From the NCBI GenBank assembly GCA_964012805.1, contig CAXGUD010000007.1:68987-132986 (forward strand): a stretch of DNA of 64,000 nt. The letters are read 5' to 3'. Numbering within the stretch: the first letter of the stretch is position 1; each line of letters starts with the position of its first letter. The position numbers and the translations under genes are program-made. The notes under the pieces were generated by a model. The model was not told the DNA's origin, did not search any database, and worked only from the letters and a program-made list of their open reading frames with translations. Below are positions 9,666 through 19,096 of the stretch, in pieces. The stretch is from an uncultured Bacteriovoracaceae bacterium. GTDB taxonomy: Bacteria; Bdellovibrionota; Bacteriovoracia; Bacteriovoracales; Bacteriovoracaceae.

Positions 9666-10757
9666 TTAGCAGCAAGATATTGAAGGGTCTTTTTCTTCAG
9701 GGCCGCTTTTTTGAGGTTCATTGTCGTAGGAAAGCTCATGGACAATAGTTTTGGAATTGCAATTTTGAAATATTCCATGATGAGTGTCCCAACTTCCTGC
9801 AAATTCAAAGTATTTTCTCATTCTGCTTTGGTTTAACATAAGGTAAGTATTGCCACATACTTCTTTAAATTTTCCTTTTGGAAAGGTGTGTTCTTGATCA
9901 AGCTTTATCGAGTGGGGCGAACCATCCAAATTTCCCTTGTAACAGACAGCTTGTCCATAATCTTCACAATCAGGTTCCAGGTCCTGAATTTTAAAAAGCC
10001 TGTAGGTAATAGAGTAAAACTTGATAGGGTCGACAAGATTTCTTACCTCTTTATTCATAATATCAACTGGTTTAACAGAAACAACTCTTGGGTCTTTAAA
10101 TCCAGCATTTTTAGCAAGGTTTGAAAAATCATTCCAATAGAGGGCCCCACTTAAGCATTCACCATAAAGGAGTTCATTATTAGTGAGGTGTTCGGGAATT
10201 CTCCTGTCTGAGTAAATGTCTGAGAAATAAAACTCACCACCAACCTTTAAAAGCTTATAAGTGTCTTTAAGAACTTTTTCTTTATTCGGTACGAGGTTAA
10301 TGACACAGTTAGAGACGATTAGATCAAAAGAATTGAGTTGCAAAGAAGTATCGAGTATATTTTCAATTTTTCCATGAACAAATTTTAAGTTTTTATCCTC
10401 TAAGTCAAAGAGTTCTTCATGGTACTTTTTGTGTTTTTGAGCTATTTCAATTTGCTCTTTAGTCATGTCGACACCTACAACGCGCCCTTTTTTCCCGGCC
10501 AAAGAAGCAAGTATAAAACTATCTCTACCTGAACCTGAACCAAGGTCCAAAATATGGGACCCTTCAATAGCTTCTGGAATGATAAGTCCACACCCATAAA
10601 ACTTTTCATTGACTTCCGGATGTATGGAATTGATTAGGTCTTTTAATTTTTTTGACGCTTTTAGGTCTATGCTACAAGCAGAAGTTTTTAGGTCACGGTT
10701 TGTTTTTAAAACTTTCCCATAGTAGTTTTTAACACTTTCTTCAATATTATTGTTCAT
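9666..10757 (-). CDS. arsM: Arsenite S-adenosylmethionine methyltransferase (ArsM/AS3MT-like)
   Basis: YYGKVL...KTSAC, FYGCGLIIP, ILDLGSGSGRD, GVDMT, VSNCVINL, YGECLSGAL (four AS3MT-type Cys), C-terminal CC. Confidence 0.85.
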   Translation of the reverse strand: MNNNIEESVKNYYGKVLKTNRDLKTSACSIDLKASKKLKDLINSIHPEVNEKFYGCGLIIPEAIEGSHILDLGSGSGRDSFILASLAGKKGRVVGVDMTKEQIEIAQKHKKYHEELFDLEDKNLKFVHGKIENILDTSLQLNSFDLIVSNCVINLVPNKEKVLKDTYKLLKVGGEFYFSDIYSDRRIPEHLTNNELLYGECLSGALYWNDFSNLAKNAGFKDPRVVSVKPVDIMNKEVRNLVDPIKFYSITYRLFKIQDLEPDCEDYGQAVCYKGNLDGSPHSIKLDQEHTFPKGKFKEVCGNTYLMLNQSRMRKYFEFAGSWDTHHGIFQNCNSKTIVHELSYDNEPQKSGPEEKDPSISCC

Positions 10758-10861
10758 AACTTATCCTTTTAAATTAAGGTTTGGGTAAAGTTAAGGTTGC
10801 CTTTTCTTATTAGTTTCATAGGGAACATATAATCATTGAGTAGAAAAAAGGAAGGAAAAAA

Positions 10862-11740
10862 TTAAATTTTATGTTTGTGAAGAAACTTTTTTTTACCATT
10901 ATGTTTTAGCCAACATTCACCCCACGCATTAAGTTCTATAACCCCTCTTTCAATTTGGGGAGGTGCTTCTTTTTTATCATTGTTTGTACGTTCTTTTTTA
11001 ATGATTAAGGAACTTCCAATCATAATTTGAGGCTGTGCTAAATAGTTATCTTGCAGGTTTTCTTTATCTTTTAAAAAGAGGTTTCTCTTAACATCTGAAG
11101 AGTTCAAAAAAGGATTCATAATGGATAAACTCTTTTCTCCATTATGATGGGGTAAGCCAAGAAGGTGACCTAGCTCATGAAGGAGAACAGTTGGAAGGTC
11201 GTAATGAAAGCTTTCTTCTTCATTCATTGTAAAAATATAATCTCTGTAATTGAATATAATATCTGCATGAATGAGCTCAAGGTACTCTGATGATGTTCCT
11301 TTATTTCTTCTTATTCCAAAATATTGTGTGATAGCTAGAACGCCATCTGGCAATTCTTCGAACCACTTGTAAGACTTATAGACACCTACTTCGTCATCAT
11401 TGAATTCGTAAAGAGTTTCATAGTTTCTATTTTCAGTGAATTTAGCAGGAGTATTAAATATTTTTTTATTTATTATACTTTTATCCCAATTTACTAACAT
11501 TTCATCTAACGTTGTAAAGTCTTCTTTAAGATGATCTCTTTCAAGAAAGTCGTTTTGAAAATCTTCTGAAAAATTTAATTTAATAGGTAGGTTTTCTGTG
11601 TCCCATCTCATAACTTTTTTAGTTAACTGAGATGATTGGTCATGGTAAGAGTTTAAATTTAGATACTGACCATCTTTCCCACAGCTAAAAAGAAAAAAGA
11701 GCAAGATAAAAAACGAGCTTTTATTTGAGAAGGCTTCCAT
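10862..11740 (-). CDS. Matrixin (M10)-family metalloprotease lipoprotein
   Basis: Lipobox-like LFSC, GVLAIT, ADIIFN, HELGHLLGLPH (HEXXHXXGXXH), SIMNP Met-turn. Confidence 0.85.
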   Translation of the reverse strand: MEAFSNKSSFFILLFFLFSCGKDGQYLNLNSYHDQSSQLTKKVMRWDTENLPIKLNFSEDFQNDFLERDHLKEDFTTLDEMLVNWDKSIINKKIFNTPAKFTENRNYETLYEFNDDEVGVYKSYKWFEELPDGVLAITQYFGIRRNKGTSSEYLELIHADIIFNYRDYIFTMNEEESFHYDLPTVLLHELGHLLGLPHHNGEKSLSIMNPFLNSSDVKRNLFLKDKENLQDNYLAQPQIMIGSSLIIKKERTNNDKKEAPPQIERGVIELNAWGECWLKHNGKKKFLHKHKI

Positions 11741-11770
11741 CTCTCCATCTCCTAGAAGTTCTATGAAGAT

Positions 11771-11797
11771 TTATCGGATGAAAGCCTGAAAATATGA
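11771..11797 (-). promoter_or_regulatory. Sigma28 (FliA)-like promoter upstream of the matrixin gene
   Basis: Minus strand reads TCAT-N15-TCCGATAA; consensus is TAAA-N15-GCCGATAA. Confidence 0.5.
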
Positions 11798-11819
11798 GGG
11801 TTCTTATTTAGCTAGCTTT

Positions 11820-12470
11820 TTAATTTAAATTATTTGCTTTTTTATGGTCATTTAAAAAAGCTTCTAGCCCTTTATCTGTTAGCGGATGCTTAAAAAGAGA
11901 TTTAACGACTTTAAAAGGCATAGTTGCAACGTCAGCACCAACCATTGCGGCTTCTCTTACATGTAAAGCATGTCTAATGGAAGCGGCCAAAATTTTTGTC
12001 TCAAAGCCGTAGTTATCATAGATATTCCTTATTTCTTCAATAAGGCCTGGTCCATCATGCCCTATATCGTCTAGGCGCCCAATAAATGGGGAAATGAAGG
12101 TCGCGCCATTTTTGGCAGCAAGAAGTGCTTGGTTCACAGAAAAACAGAGTGTTACATTTGTTTTAATTTGATTGTCGCTAAACCACTTACATGCAGTAAT
12201 TCCTGCTTCTGTAAGGGGAAGTTTTATAACAACATTTTCGTGAATATTAGCGAGTTCTTCACCCTCTTTGATCATGCCATCTACATCTGTTGCGATAACC
12301 TCAGCAGATATCGGTCCGTTAACAATTTCTACAATTTCCTTTATAACATCAAACTGGTTTCGGCCTGATTTAGCTATAAGGCTAGGGTTTGTTGTCACAC
12401 CATCAATGATACCCCACTTGGCTGCTTCCTTAATTTCATTTACTTCACCTGTATCAAGAAAAAAGTCCAC
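11820..12470 (-). CDS. tal: Transaldolase / fructose-6-phosphate aldolase family (TalC/MipB type)
   Basis: [51 protein letters not shown]. Confidence 0.93.
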   Translation of the reverse strand: MDFFLDTGEVNEIKEAAKWGIIDGVTTNPSLIAKSGRNQFDVIKEIVEIVNGPISAEVIATDVDGMIKEGEELANIHENVVIKLPLTEAGITACKWFSDNQIKTNVTLCFSVNQALLAAKNGATFISPFIGRLDDIGHDGPGLIEEIRNIYDNYGFETKILAASIRHALHVREAAMVGADVATMPFKVVKSLFKHPLTDKGLEAFLNDHKKANNLN

Positions 12471-12587
12471 TATGGTCCCCTTATGTTTAAGTCTGCTATT
12501 AGTTGAATAAAAGATTTAAATCAAAGGCAAAATAACAGTCAGATAAAGGAGAGACAAGTTTTCCAGGATACCTTTTTTTGCTATTGT

Positions 12588-13430
12588 GTGTCACTTTATA
12601 GTATGGGAACTAAGTCTGTGCGTTCAATTATTGTTTTTAATCTTATGTCTTTTTTCACGTTCAATTTGCTTCAGTTATTTGTGCTGCAAAAAACGTTAGC
12701 TGATGATTTTGCTAGAGAGAGTGAACCTAAGCTTCAAAAAAAATTAAAAGATAAGCTTGAAAGTCTTTTTGATCCAAATTTGGATTATAAAAAGTTTTCA
12801 GGTCGTATGACTGATAGAGATAAAGTCGGAGATATTTTGAAGGTCTTCACTGAAAATAAAAACATCAAATTTTTTAGACCTGGTGATCCCCTTGAGTTTC
12901 GCTTACCCAACCAAAGTGATTCCTTATGTCGGGGGTTCATAAAGGTTGTGGAAAAAGATTATCTTACTCTTTATGTTAAGAACCTCTTTAGTTGTTTTAA
13001 AAAAGGTGAGTATATGAGAAGAGGCTCTCAAATGGTCTTTTATGCACCTGTTTTGGAGGAAAGGATAAAGGATGCTGGCTTGTACAGGGTGATTCTTCTG
13101 AGGAAAAAAGAAGAGTATTGGAATCAGTTGAGAAAAATGAACCAATTTATTTGGAATTATGACCAGAGAAAAATTAAAGTTTCAGCTGATTATGATAAGC
13201 GGATTGTAGCTTTAGAAAATAAAAAGAGGAAGGAGCTTGATATTCTATTAGGAAAAAAAAGAGATCAAGTTCTTTTGCAAAAGGAAATCGTAAAAAAAAT
13301 AGAAATGTTGGATAGTGATTTAGACTTTTATATAATAGATCAATATGAACCTGAGCTAGATCGGTGGCACCTAGACCATGACTTAGGTTTACCAGTCGGG
13401 AAGAAACCTCAAAAGAAAAAACAAATATAA
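12588..13430 (+). CDS. Hypothetical exported protein with coiled-coil C-terminus
   Basis: Long ORF with a hydrophobic N-terminal segment and a charged helical C-terminal half. Confidence 0.6.
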   Translation: MSLYSMGTKSVRSIIVFNLMSFFTFNLLQLFVLQKTLADDFARESEPKLQKKLKDKLESLFDPNLDYKKFSGRMTDRDKVGDILKVFTENKNIKFFRPGDPLEFRLPNQSDSLCRGFIKVVEKDYLTLYVKNLFSCFKKGEYMRRGSQMVFYAPVLEERIKDAGLYRVILLRKKEEYWNQLRKMNQFIWNYDQRKIKVSADYDKRIVALENKKRKELDILLGKKRDQVLLQKEIVKKIEMLDSDLDFYIIDQYEPELDRWHLDHDLGLPVGKKPQKKKQI

Positions 13431-13466
13431 AAACTATTTGAATTGAATCAAATACGGGGTAACTGT

Positions 13467-14408
13467 CTAGTGAAATAAATCTGAATAAATATGTTTTGGT
13501 AAATGTTCTTTGTAGTGTTTTAAACTGTAGCTTGGAGCGACCCCCATCCATTCCTTAATGTTTTCTTCATTCTTATCTTTAAGCCAGTTAAATATACAAG
13601 CTTGTCTTAATGATCTAGGAGTAAGCTCTATTTTTAAATTCTCGCTGTACTCTTTAAAGATGATTTCAAGCCCCCTGGAAGAAAGTCCTCCTGATAAAAT
13701 TTTATAGGGATTGGCATTGAAAAGGAGTTCTTCAAATTCAATGTTTTGATTTGCCATTTCTATTTTTAATAAGTCCAAATATTTAACTAAAAAGTTGTCA
13801 AACTCATTGGGAAGAGGAATTGAAAAAGGGTCTCTTTTTGGAGGAGTTAGCATAACTCTTGGGTTTTTTCCTAAAAAAATATGACACCTTTTTAAGCATG
13901 ATAGATCAGAAACTTTGAGTCCTCCTTTAAAAATAAGAAGAGTTATAATTAGATTTCTAAATGAGATTAGCTTTTGCAGGTTTTTAGATTCATCTATTTC
14001 CTGCAAAAGGTGATTCCAAAATATTTTCAAATTCTTAAAGCTTGTTGGTCTTGGTACATCAAGAAACTTGGGGGATGTTGGTATAGACCTTACTGGGTTA
14101 TTAGGAACTTCACCTTCGGAAAGCAAAAAATCAAAAAAGTTTCTTAACGTTTGAAGTCGTCTTCTTCTGGAATTATCTGAAGAATACTTTTTATCTAAAA
14201 AGTGAGCATAATGCCGAATAAGAGAGTTTGTGAGTGATTTTCTGCAGGGAACCCACCCATTATCATTTAGGAAGTTATTGAAACAATTCAGGTCAGTTTT
14301 ATAATTTTTTAGAGTGTTGGGGCTTTTACCTTGTTTTTCGCATTTATCAATAAAATTTATTTGTTGCTTGAAAAAAAAGGCATGAGTGGTATCTATTTGT
14401 TTTTCCAA
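13467..14408 (-). CDS. XerC/XerD-like tyrosine recombinase-fold protein with degenerate catalytic motifs
   Basis: SAM-like N-domain (SPNTLKNYKTDL, SRRRRLQTLRNFFDFL, NP). Catalytic boxes read GLKVSDL, TPRSLRQA, WMGV...KHY. Confidence 0.8.
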   Translation of the reverse strand: MEKQIDTTHAFFFKQQINFIDKCEKQGKSPNTLKNYKTDLNCFNNFLNDNGWVPCRKSLTNSLIRHYAHFLDKKYSSDNSRRRRLQTLRNFFDFLLSEGEVPNNPVRSIPTSPKFLDVPRPTSFKNLKIFWNHLLQEIDESKNLQKLISFRNLIITLLIFKGGLKVSDLSCLKRCHIFLGKNPRVMLTPPKRDPFSIPLPNEFDNFLVKYLDLLKIEMANQNIEFEELLFNANPYKILSGGLSSRGLEIIFKEYSENLKIELTPRSLRQACIFNWLKDKNEENIKEWMGVAPSYSLKHYKEHLPKHIYSDLFH

Positions 14409-14630
14409 AAGTTATCCTTCTGCAAGAGAGACCATATTATTTACTTTTACCTATCAGAGTCGTAAAAATTACAGGTTTCCGGTGCATAAAATGATACGTA
14501 AGTAAATAATCATAGACAACTAAAAAGGATTCTTTTAAATTCAGGTCTCATTTTTAAGCATGAAAATTGAATATTGAATAAAGAAAGTAGATGAGGATGA
14601 GAAGTTACTTAAGAGGTATGGGGTTTTCTC

Positions 14631-15452
14631 GTGAGCGTACGTTTGTCATTAATTGAGGAACTTGATGACTTTTTCAAGTTAAGACATACACAGAAAGATA
14701 TTGCCAAAGATGAAGCGCTAAGTGACGTCATTGCCTTTATATATTCTCATCCTGTAACATCGAAGTTTCTTTCGGATATTGATATTCAGTTTAAGAGTGA
14801 AAAGTTATTTGTTGAAGCACTAACTCATACTTCTTTTGTCAACGAACAGGCAAATTTTCCTTTCCTTTCTTTTGAGCGTTTAGAGTTTTTCGGAGACTCT
14901 CTTTTTAATTTCTTTGTTAGCGATTTTTTAATTGAGAACTTTCCAGATTTGAAGGAAGGGCCTTTGTCTCGCTTTCGGGGCGCTGTTGTAAATGAAGGGA
15001 GCATGGCCGAACTTGCTAGAAGCATCTCATTAGGTTCCTGCCTTCTTTTGGGGAAAGGAGAGCTTAAGTCTAGAGGTCATGATAAGGATGCGATCCTTGC
15101 AGACTCATTAGAAGCAGTCTTTGGAGCAGTTTTCTTAGATCAAGGCTTTGAAGGTGCGAAAAAACTCTTTTATAGTATACTCGAAATTTTTGAAAATAAA
15201 AATTGTTTACCTTATATATCCATGGAACGCTTGGAAAACTTTGACCCCAAGTCGTTGCTTCAGGAAAAAACAATGTCCTTATATAAAGAGGTTCCTGAAT
15301 ATAGAGCTATAAAGTTCGATGACGAACTTTTTCAAGTGGATATTCTTATAGGTGGAAAACAGATTCTTTCCACCAAAAATAGATCAAAGAAAAAAGCTGA
15401 AAAATTTTTGGCGAAAGAAATATTAAAAAAAGAGTTGTACCTTTTACCCTAG
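14631..15452 (+). CDS. rnc: Ribonuclease III
   Basis: ALTHTS, ERLEFFGDS, ILADSLEAVFGAVFLD, C-terminal dsRBD (DPKSLLQE, SKKKAE). Confidence 0.93.
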   Translation: MSVRLSLIEELDDFFKLRHTQKDIAKDEALSDVIAFIYSHPVTSKFLSDIDIQFKSEKLFVEALTHTSFVNEQANFPFLSFERLEFFGDSLFNFFVSDFLIENFPDLKEGPLSRFRGAVVNEGSMAELARSISLGSCLLLGKGELKSRGHDKDAILADSLEAVFGAVFLDQGFEGAKKLFYSILEIFENKNCLPYISMERLENFDPKSLLQEKTMSLYKEVPEYRAIKFDDELFQVDILIGGKQILSTKNRSKKKAEKFLAKEILKKELYLLP

Positions 15453-15459
15453 GAAAAAC

Positions 15460-16458
15460 ATGTTAATCGAGCATCAGCACCCTTCAAATAAGTCAATCAT
15501 GGTCTCAGTATTAGGAGCTCCAAACGTTGGAAAGAGTTCATTTGTTAATAATTTAATGGGCTTTGATCTTTCTGTTGTTACCAATAAGCCGCAAACAACT
15601 AGAAACAAGTTCCATTGTGTAATCAATATAGATCACACTGAAATTATTTTAGTTGATACTCCAGGTGTTCACGTCAATAAAAAAGAAATAAATAAAAGAA
15701 TGAATGAGCAAGCTAAAGAAGGAGTCCAAGGTACTGACATTAATTTACTTCTCATTGACCTTAGTAAAGAAATTTTTAAGCAATTTACAGAGTTCAAAGA
15801 TATTATGAAAACAGATTTAAACCGTACATGGGTTGTTTTCACTAAGACTGATAAGGTTGAAGACTTTGAGAAGTTGCCGTTAGATGAGGTTGTAGAAAAA
15901 GCAAAGACTCTTCTACCTTCGATAGAGAAGTTTTTCTCAATAAGTTCAAAGACCGGAGATAATATTCACCTTATTACAGGTGCACTATGTGATGAAGCTC
16001 AGTCTGGCCCCCACCTTTATACTGATGGAGCTGTCTCAAATAAAAGTGAACGTTTTTTTGTAGCTGAGTATATACGTGAACAAGCATTTTCTATTTTAAA
16101 AGAAGAACTTCCTTATGAAATTGCTGTGACTGTTGAAGAATTTATGGATAACAGAAAGAAAGGCTTTTCCAAAGGTGCGGCTGAAAGAACAATAAAGCCA
16201 TCTATTGCTTCTATGATTTCAGCTTCTATTTTGGTTAATAGGGCAAGTCAAAGGGCCATTGTTGTTGGTTCTAAAGGCTCCGTTATAAAAGAAATTGGAA
16301 CTAGGGCCAGAAAAAAAATTGAGTCAATGGTTGGTGGTCAAGTTCACCTTAATCTACACGTTAAAGTTTCTCCAAATTGGTTTAAAAATAACTTTGTTCT
16401 TGAAGAATTAGGTTTACCAAGGGCAACCGACTCCTCTCGAGTCTGGAGAAAAAAGTAA
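15460..16458 (+). CDS. era: GTPase Era
   Basis: GAPNVGKS, KPQTTR, DTPG, EELPY, KH domain with VGSKGSVIKEIG; follows rnc. Confidence 0.95.
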   Translation: MLIEHQHPSNKSIMVSVLGAPNVGKSSFVNNLMGFDLSVVTNKPQTTRNKFHCVINIDHTEIILVDTPGVHVNKKEINKRMNEQAKEGVQGTDINLLLIDLSKEIFKQFTEFKDIMKTDLNRTWVVFTKTDKVEDFEKLPLDEVVEKAKTLLPSIEKFFSISSKTGDNIHLITGALCDEAQSGPHLYTDGAVSNKSERFFVAEYIREQAFSILKEELPYEIAVTVEEFMDNRKKGFSKGAAERTIKPSIASMISASILVNRASQRAIVVGSKGSVIKEIGTRARKKIESMVGGQVHLNLHVKVSPNWFKNNFVLEELGLPRATDSSRVWRKK

Positions 16459-16519
16459 AATTTAATATTTTTTATAAAGGCTTTTTCATTTTTTGATGAA
16501 AGAGAAGAAGGATTATTTT

Positions 16520-18271
16520 ATGGCTCGTTCAATGGTTATTTCACTTATAGGGAGACCTAATGTTGGGAAAAGTACCCTTTTTAACCGTCTGATGAAGAAG
16601 GCCCATAAAGCTATAACTTTCGACCAAGCAGGAGTAACAAGGGATCGTCACTACGGAATTGCCACTTTTAATGAAGGTGAAGAAGATAAAGAGAGGCAAG
16701 CGGTTTTAGTTGATACCGGAGGGTTTTACCCTCAACAAATTCACGATATTGAGAAATTTGATGAGCATAGAGGTCAAAACGATACGTGTGACCATTTTTT
16801 CAATATTATGAAAGAGCATGCTGAAATGGCAATTGAGGAGTCCGATTTAGTCCTTTTTATGACGGACGTTCGTGAGGGTGTACTCCCTTTTGATCACGAT
16901 ATTGCGCACTTTATCCGATCTAAAAAGAAAGAAGTTTGGTTAGTCGTTAATAAATATGATTCTGATGCTCAGGCAGGTGAAGAAGCTGAATTTTACTCTT
17001 TGGGTTTTGATGACAAATCACTTTACCTTCTTTCCTCCTCTCATGGTAGGGGAGTAGATGATTTGATAGAGTCTCTTGGAAAAAAGATTATTCAATTAGA
17101 GGAGACTAAATCTTCTGAGGACCTCTCTTTGCAATCAGGTCTAATTCCTAAGCAAAATGTTGTTTCAAGGTTGGCCATTATTGGGGCTCCTAATGCGGGA
17201 AAATCAACCCTTTTAAACCGTATTTTGGGAGCGAAAAGGGCTTTAGTAAGTGACGTCCCAGGAACGACAGTTGACCCTATCGGAGGCTATTTTGACCTTG
17301 ATTTTGGAAAAAATGCTTACCTTTTAGATAAAAAGCAGGTTGAGTCTTCTTGGGATAAAAAGAAGATTTTTACTTCTGATTTTGAGTTAAAGCAGTCTAA
17401 AGTCTTTGAAGAGTTTGGAGATACGGATTCTCCTTTTGAGCTAGAAAAATCCCTAGAGGAAATGTATAAGACTGTTTTTATGGATGATGAAGCTTTAGAA
17501 GAGAAAGGCGAGATTTTGGAAGATGAAATCGTCGAAGATGAAATCGTTGAAGAAAACTCTAAGGAGTCTTTAGTTAACAATGTGAGATCAATTCATATTG
17601 TAGACACTGCAGGAATTAGACAGAAGAAAAAAATAAAGTCATTTATAGAGTCACAATCTGTTTTTCGATCTTTACGCTGTATTACAGAAGCAGATGTTGT
17701 TATTTATCTTATGGATGCAACCAAGGGGATAGGTCATCAAGACAGAAGACTTTTGGGGATTGCTCTGGAAAAAGGTAAGTCTATTATCATGGCACTTAAC
17801 AAAGTGGACCTTTTAAAAGAAAAGCTTAAAAATCAAAAAGATAGAGAAAAATGGCTTCAGAATTTGAGAGATGAAATTCCTTGGCTTGAATTTTGTGATT
17901 TGGTGACTCTTTCTGCAAAGGAAGGGAAGGGAATCAAGCGTCTTAAAAGAACAATTCAAAAGACGATTTTTGTGAGAAAGAAAACTGTATCAACAGGGCA
18001 TTTAAATCGTTTCGTTCAGTTCATTGTAGATAAAAACCCGATTGTTGTTCAAAAAGCTCGAGGAGCGAGGTTTAAAGTCAAATATGCTCTTATGGTAAAA
18101 AATGGCCCTCCAACTTTTCTTTTATATTCCAATAAGTCTATGGGTATTCCTGAAAATTATAAGAGGTACATAAAAAATAATTTAAGAAGAGAGTTTGATC
18201 TTTATAATACTCCTGTTCATGTAATATTTAGATCGAGCTCAGACCAAGAAAGAGGAAGGCCCAAGGACTAG
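16520..18271 (+). CDS. der: Ribosome biogenesis GTPase Der with an acidic insertion in GD2
   Basis: Two G-domains (GRPNVGKS/GVTRD/DTGG/NKYD and GAPNAGKS/GTTVD/DTAG/NKVD) plus a KH-like tail (PPTF, YKRYIKNNLR). Likely start is the ATG at 16520. Confidence 0.93.
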   Translation: MARSMVISLIGRPNVGKSTLFNRLMKKAHKAITFDQAGVTRDRHYGIATFNEGEEDKERQAVLVDTGGFYPQQIHDIEKFDEHRGQNDTCDHFFNIMKEHAEMAIEESDLVLFMTDVREGVLPFDHDIAHFIRSKKKEVWLVVNKYDSDAQAGEEAEFYSLGFDDKSLYLLSSSHGRGVDDLIESLGKKIIQLEETKSSEDLSLQSGLIPKQNVVSRLAIIGAPNAGKSTLLNRILGAKRALVSDVPGTTVDPIGGYFDLDFGKNAYLLDKKQVESSWDKKKIFTSDFELKQSKVFEEFGDTDSPFELEKSLEEMYKTVFMDDEALEEKGEILEDEIVEDEIVEENSKESLVNNVRSIHIVDTAGIRQKKKIKSFIESQSVFRSLRCITEADVVIYLMDATKGIGHQDRRLLGIALEKGKSIIMALNKVDLLKEKLKNQKDREKWLQNLRDEIPWLEFCDLVTLSAKEGKGIKRLKRTIQKTIFVRKKTVSTGHLNRFVQFIVDKNPIVVQKARGARFKVKYALMVKNGPPTFLLYSNKSMGIPENYKRYIKNNLRREFDLYNTPVHVIFRSSSDQERGRPKD

Positions 18272-18296
18272 AGCTTTAGTTTTAGTTAGTTTCATT

Positions 18297-19085
18297 TTAC
18301 CAGCCGAAAATATAACTTATTTTTGTCGTATAGCCTAAACCAGCAAGATTTTGGTATCCAAAACCAGACCCTGTTACAATTGGCCTATACTTCTGTGTAT
18401 ATTTATCATGAAAATTGATTGAGTGTATTAAAAATTCAACGCCGAGGTATGTATCCCTTAGCTTTATAGGGAATTCAAGCCCTCCACCATACCCAAATCC
18501 AAAGCCACCACCTTTTTCATTTTCTAATTGAGATTGGTCTATGAATCGGTTTGTAACATACCAATACTCCATTGAGAGAGAAAGATAAGGATTTGCATAT
18601 GTAATGGCCGTACCTAAGTTAGAAGTATCAAGATAATGTCTATAGTTTATAAAAAACCGAAGACACCTTACTGCAATAGCACCAGGAGGATCAGGGTTGT
18701 AGCCATTAACAGCTTGGTCAATGAAAAAGTGGTGTTGAGAGTAGGCCCAGCCAATTCCCATTGATGTTTGAAAGTTAATAAAGTAATTAAGTGAAAGACC
18801 AAAGGTCGGTGGTTCGTTTACGTAAGCACTGCCTCTATTTCCATCAAACATTGTGTGACCTATTGTTAGGGCCACATTATAAAATCTTGCATATTGATAA
18901 AAATTTTCGTCCTCTAAAACTTTTGTATCTTCATAGTCTTCTTTAAAGTCATTAAAGATATCATTACCACCCAAGTTGAGGTCATCATTTTCAATTTCCA
19001 TTGGCTCTAATTGGGCCCTGACGGTGCTTGGAGACCAACAGAAAAATAGGGCCATAAAAAGAGTAAGAAGTATATTTTTAAACAC
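18297..19085 (-). CDS. Outer-membrane beta-barrel protein
   Basis: Signal peptide, acidic N-terminal stretch, alternating Gly/aromatic strands, terminal YIFGW. Confidence 0.65.
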   Translation of the reverse strand: MFKNILLTLFMALFFCWSPSTVRAQLEPMEIENDDLNLGGNDIFNDFKEDYEDTKVLEDENFYQYARFYNVALTIGHTMFDGNRGSAYVNEPPTFGLSLNYFINFQTSMGIGWAYSQHHFFIDQAVNGYNPDPPGAIAVRCLRFFINYRHYLDTSNLGTAITYANPYLSLSMEYWYVTNRFIDQSQLENEKGGGFGFGYGGGLEFPIKLRDTYLGVEFLIHSINFHDKYTQKYRPIVTGSGFGYQNLAGLGYTTKISYIFGW

Positions 19086-19096
19086 TGAAAGGGCCT

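Noticed and set aside
13467..14408. Prophage or genomic-island integrase
   Set aside because: No adjacent tRNA, att-like repeats or phage/mobile genes; flanked by core genes; catalytic motifs degenerate.
17309..17584. Intein in Der GD2
   Set aside because: No N-terminal Cys/Ser block, no His-Asn/Cys-Ser-Thr splice junction, too short and low-complexity.
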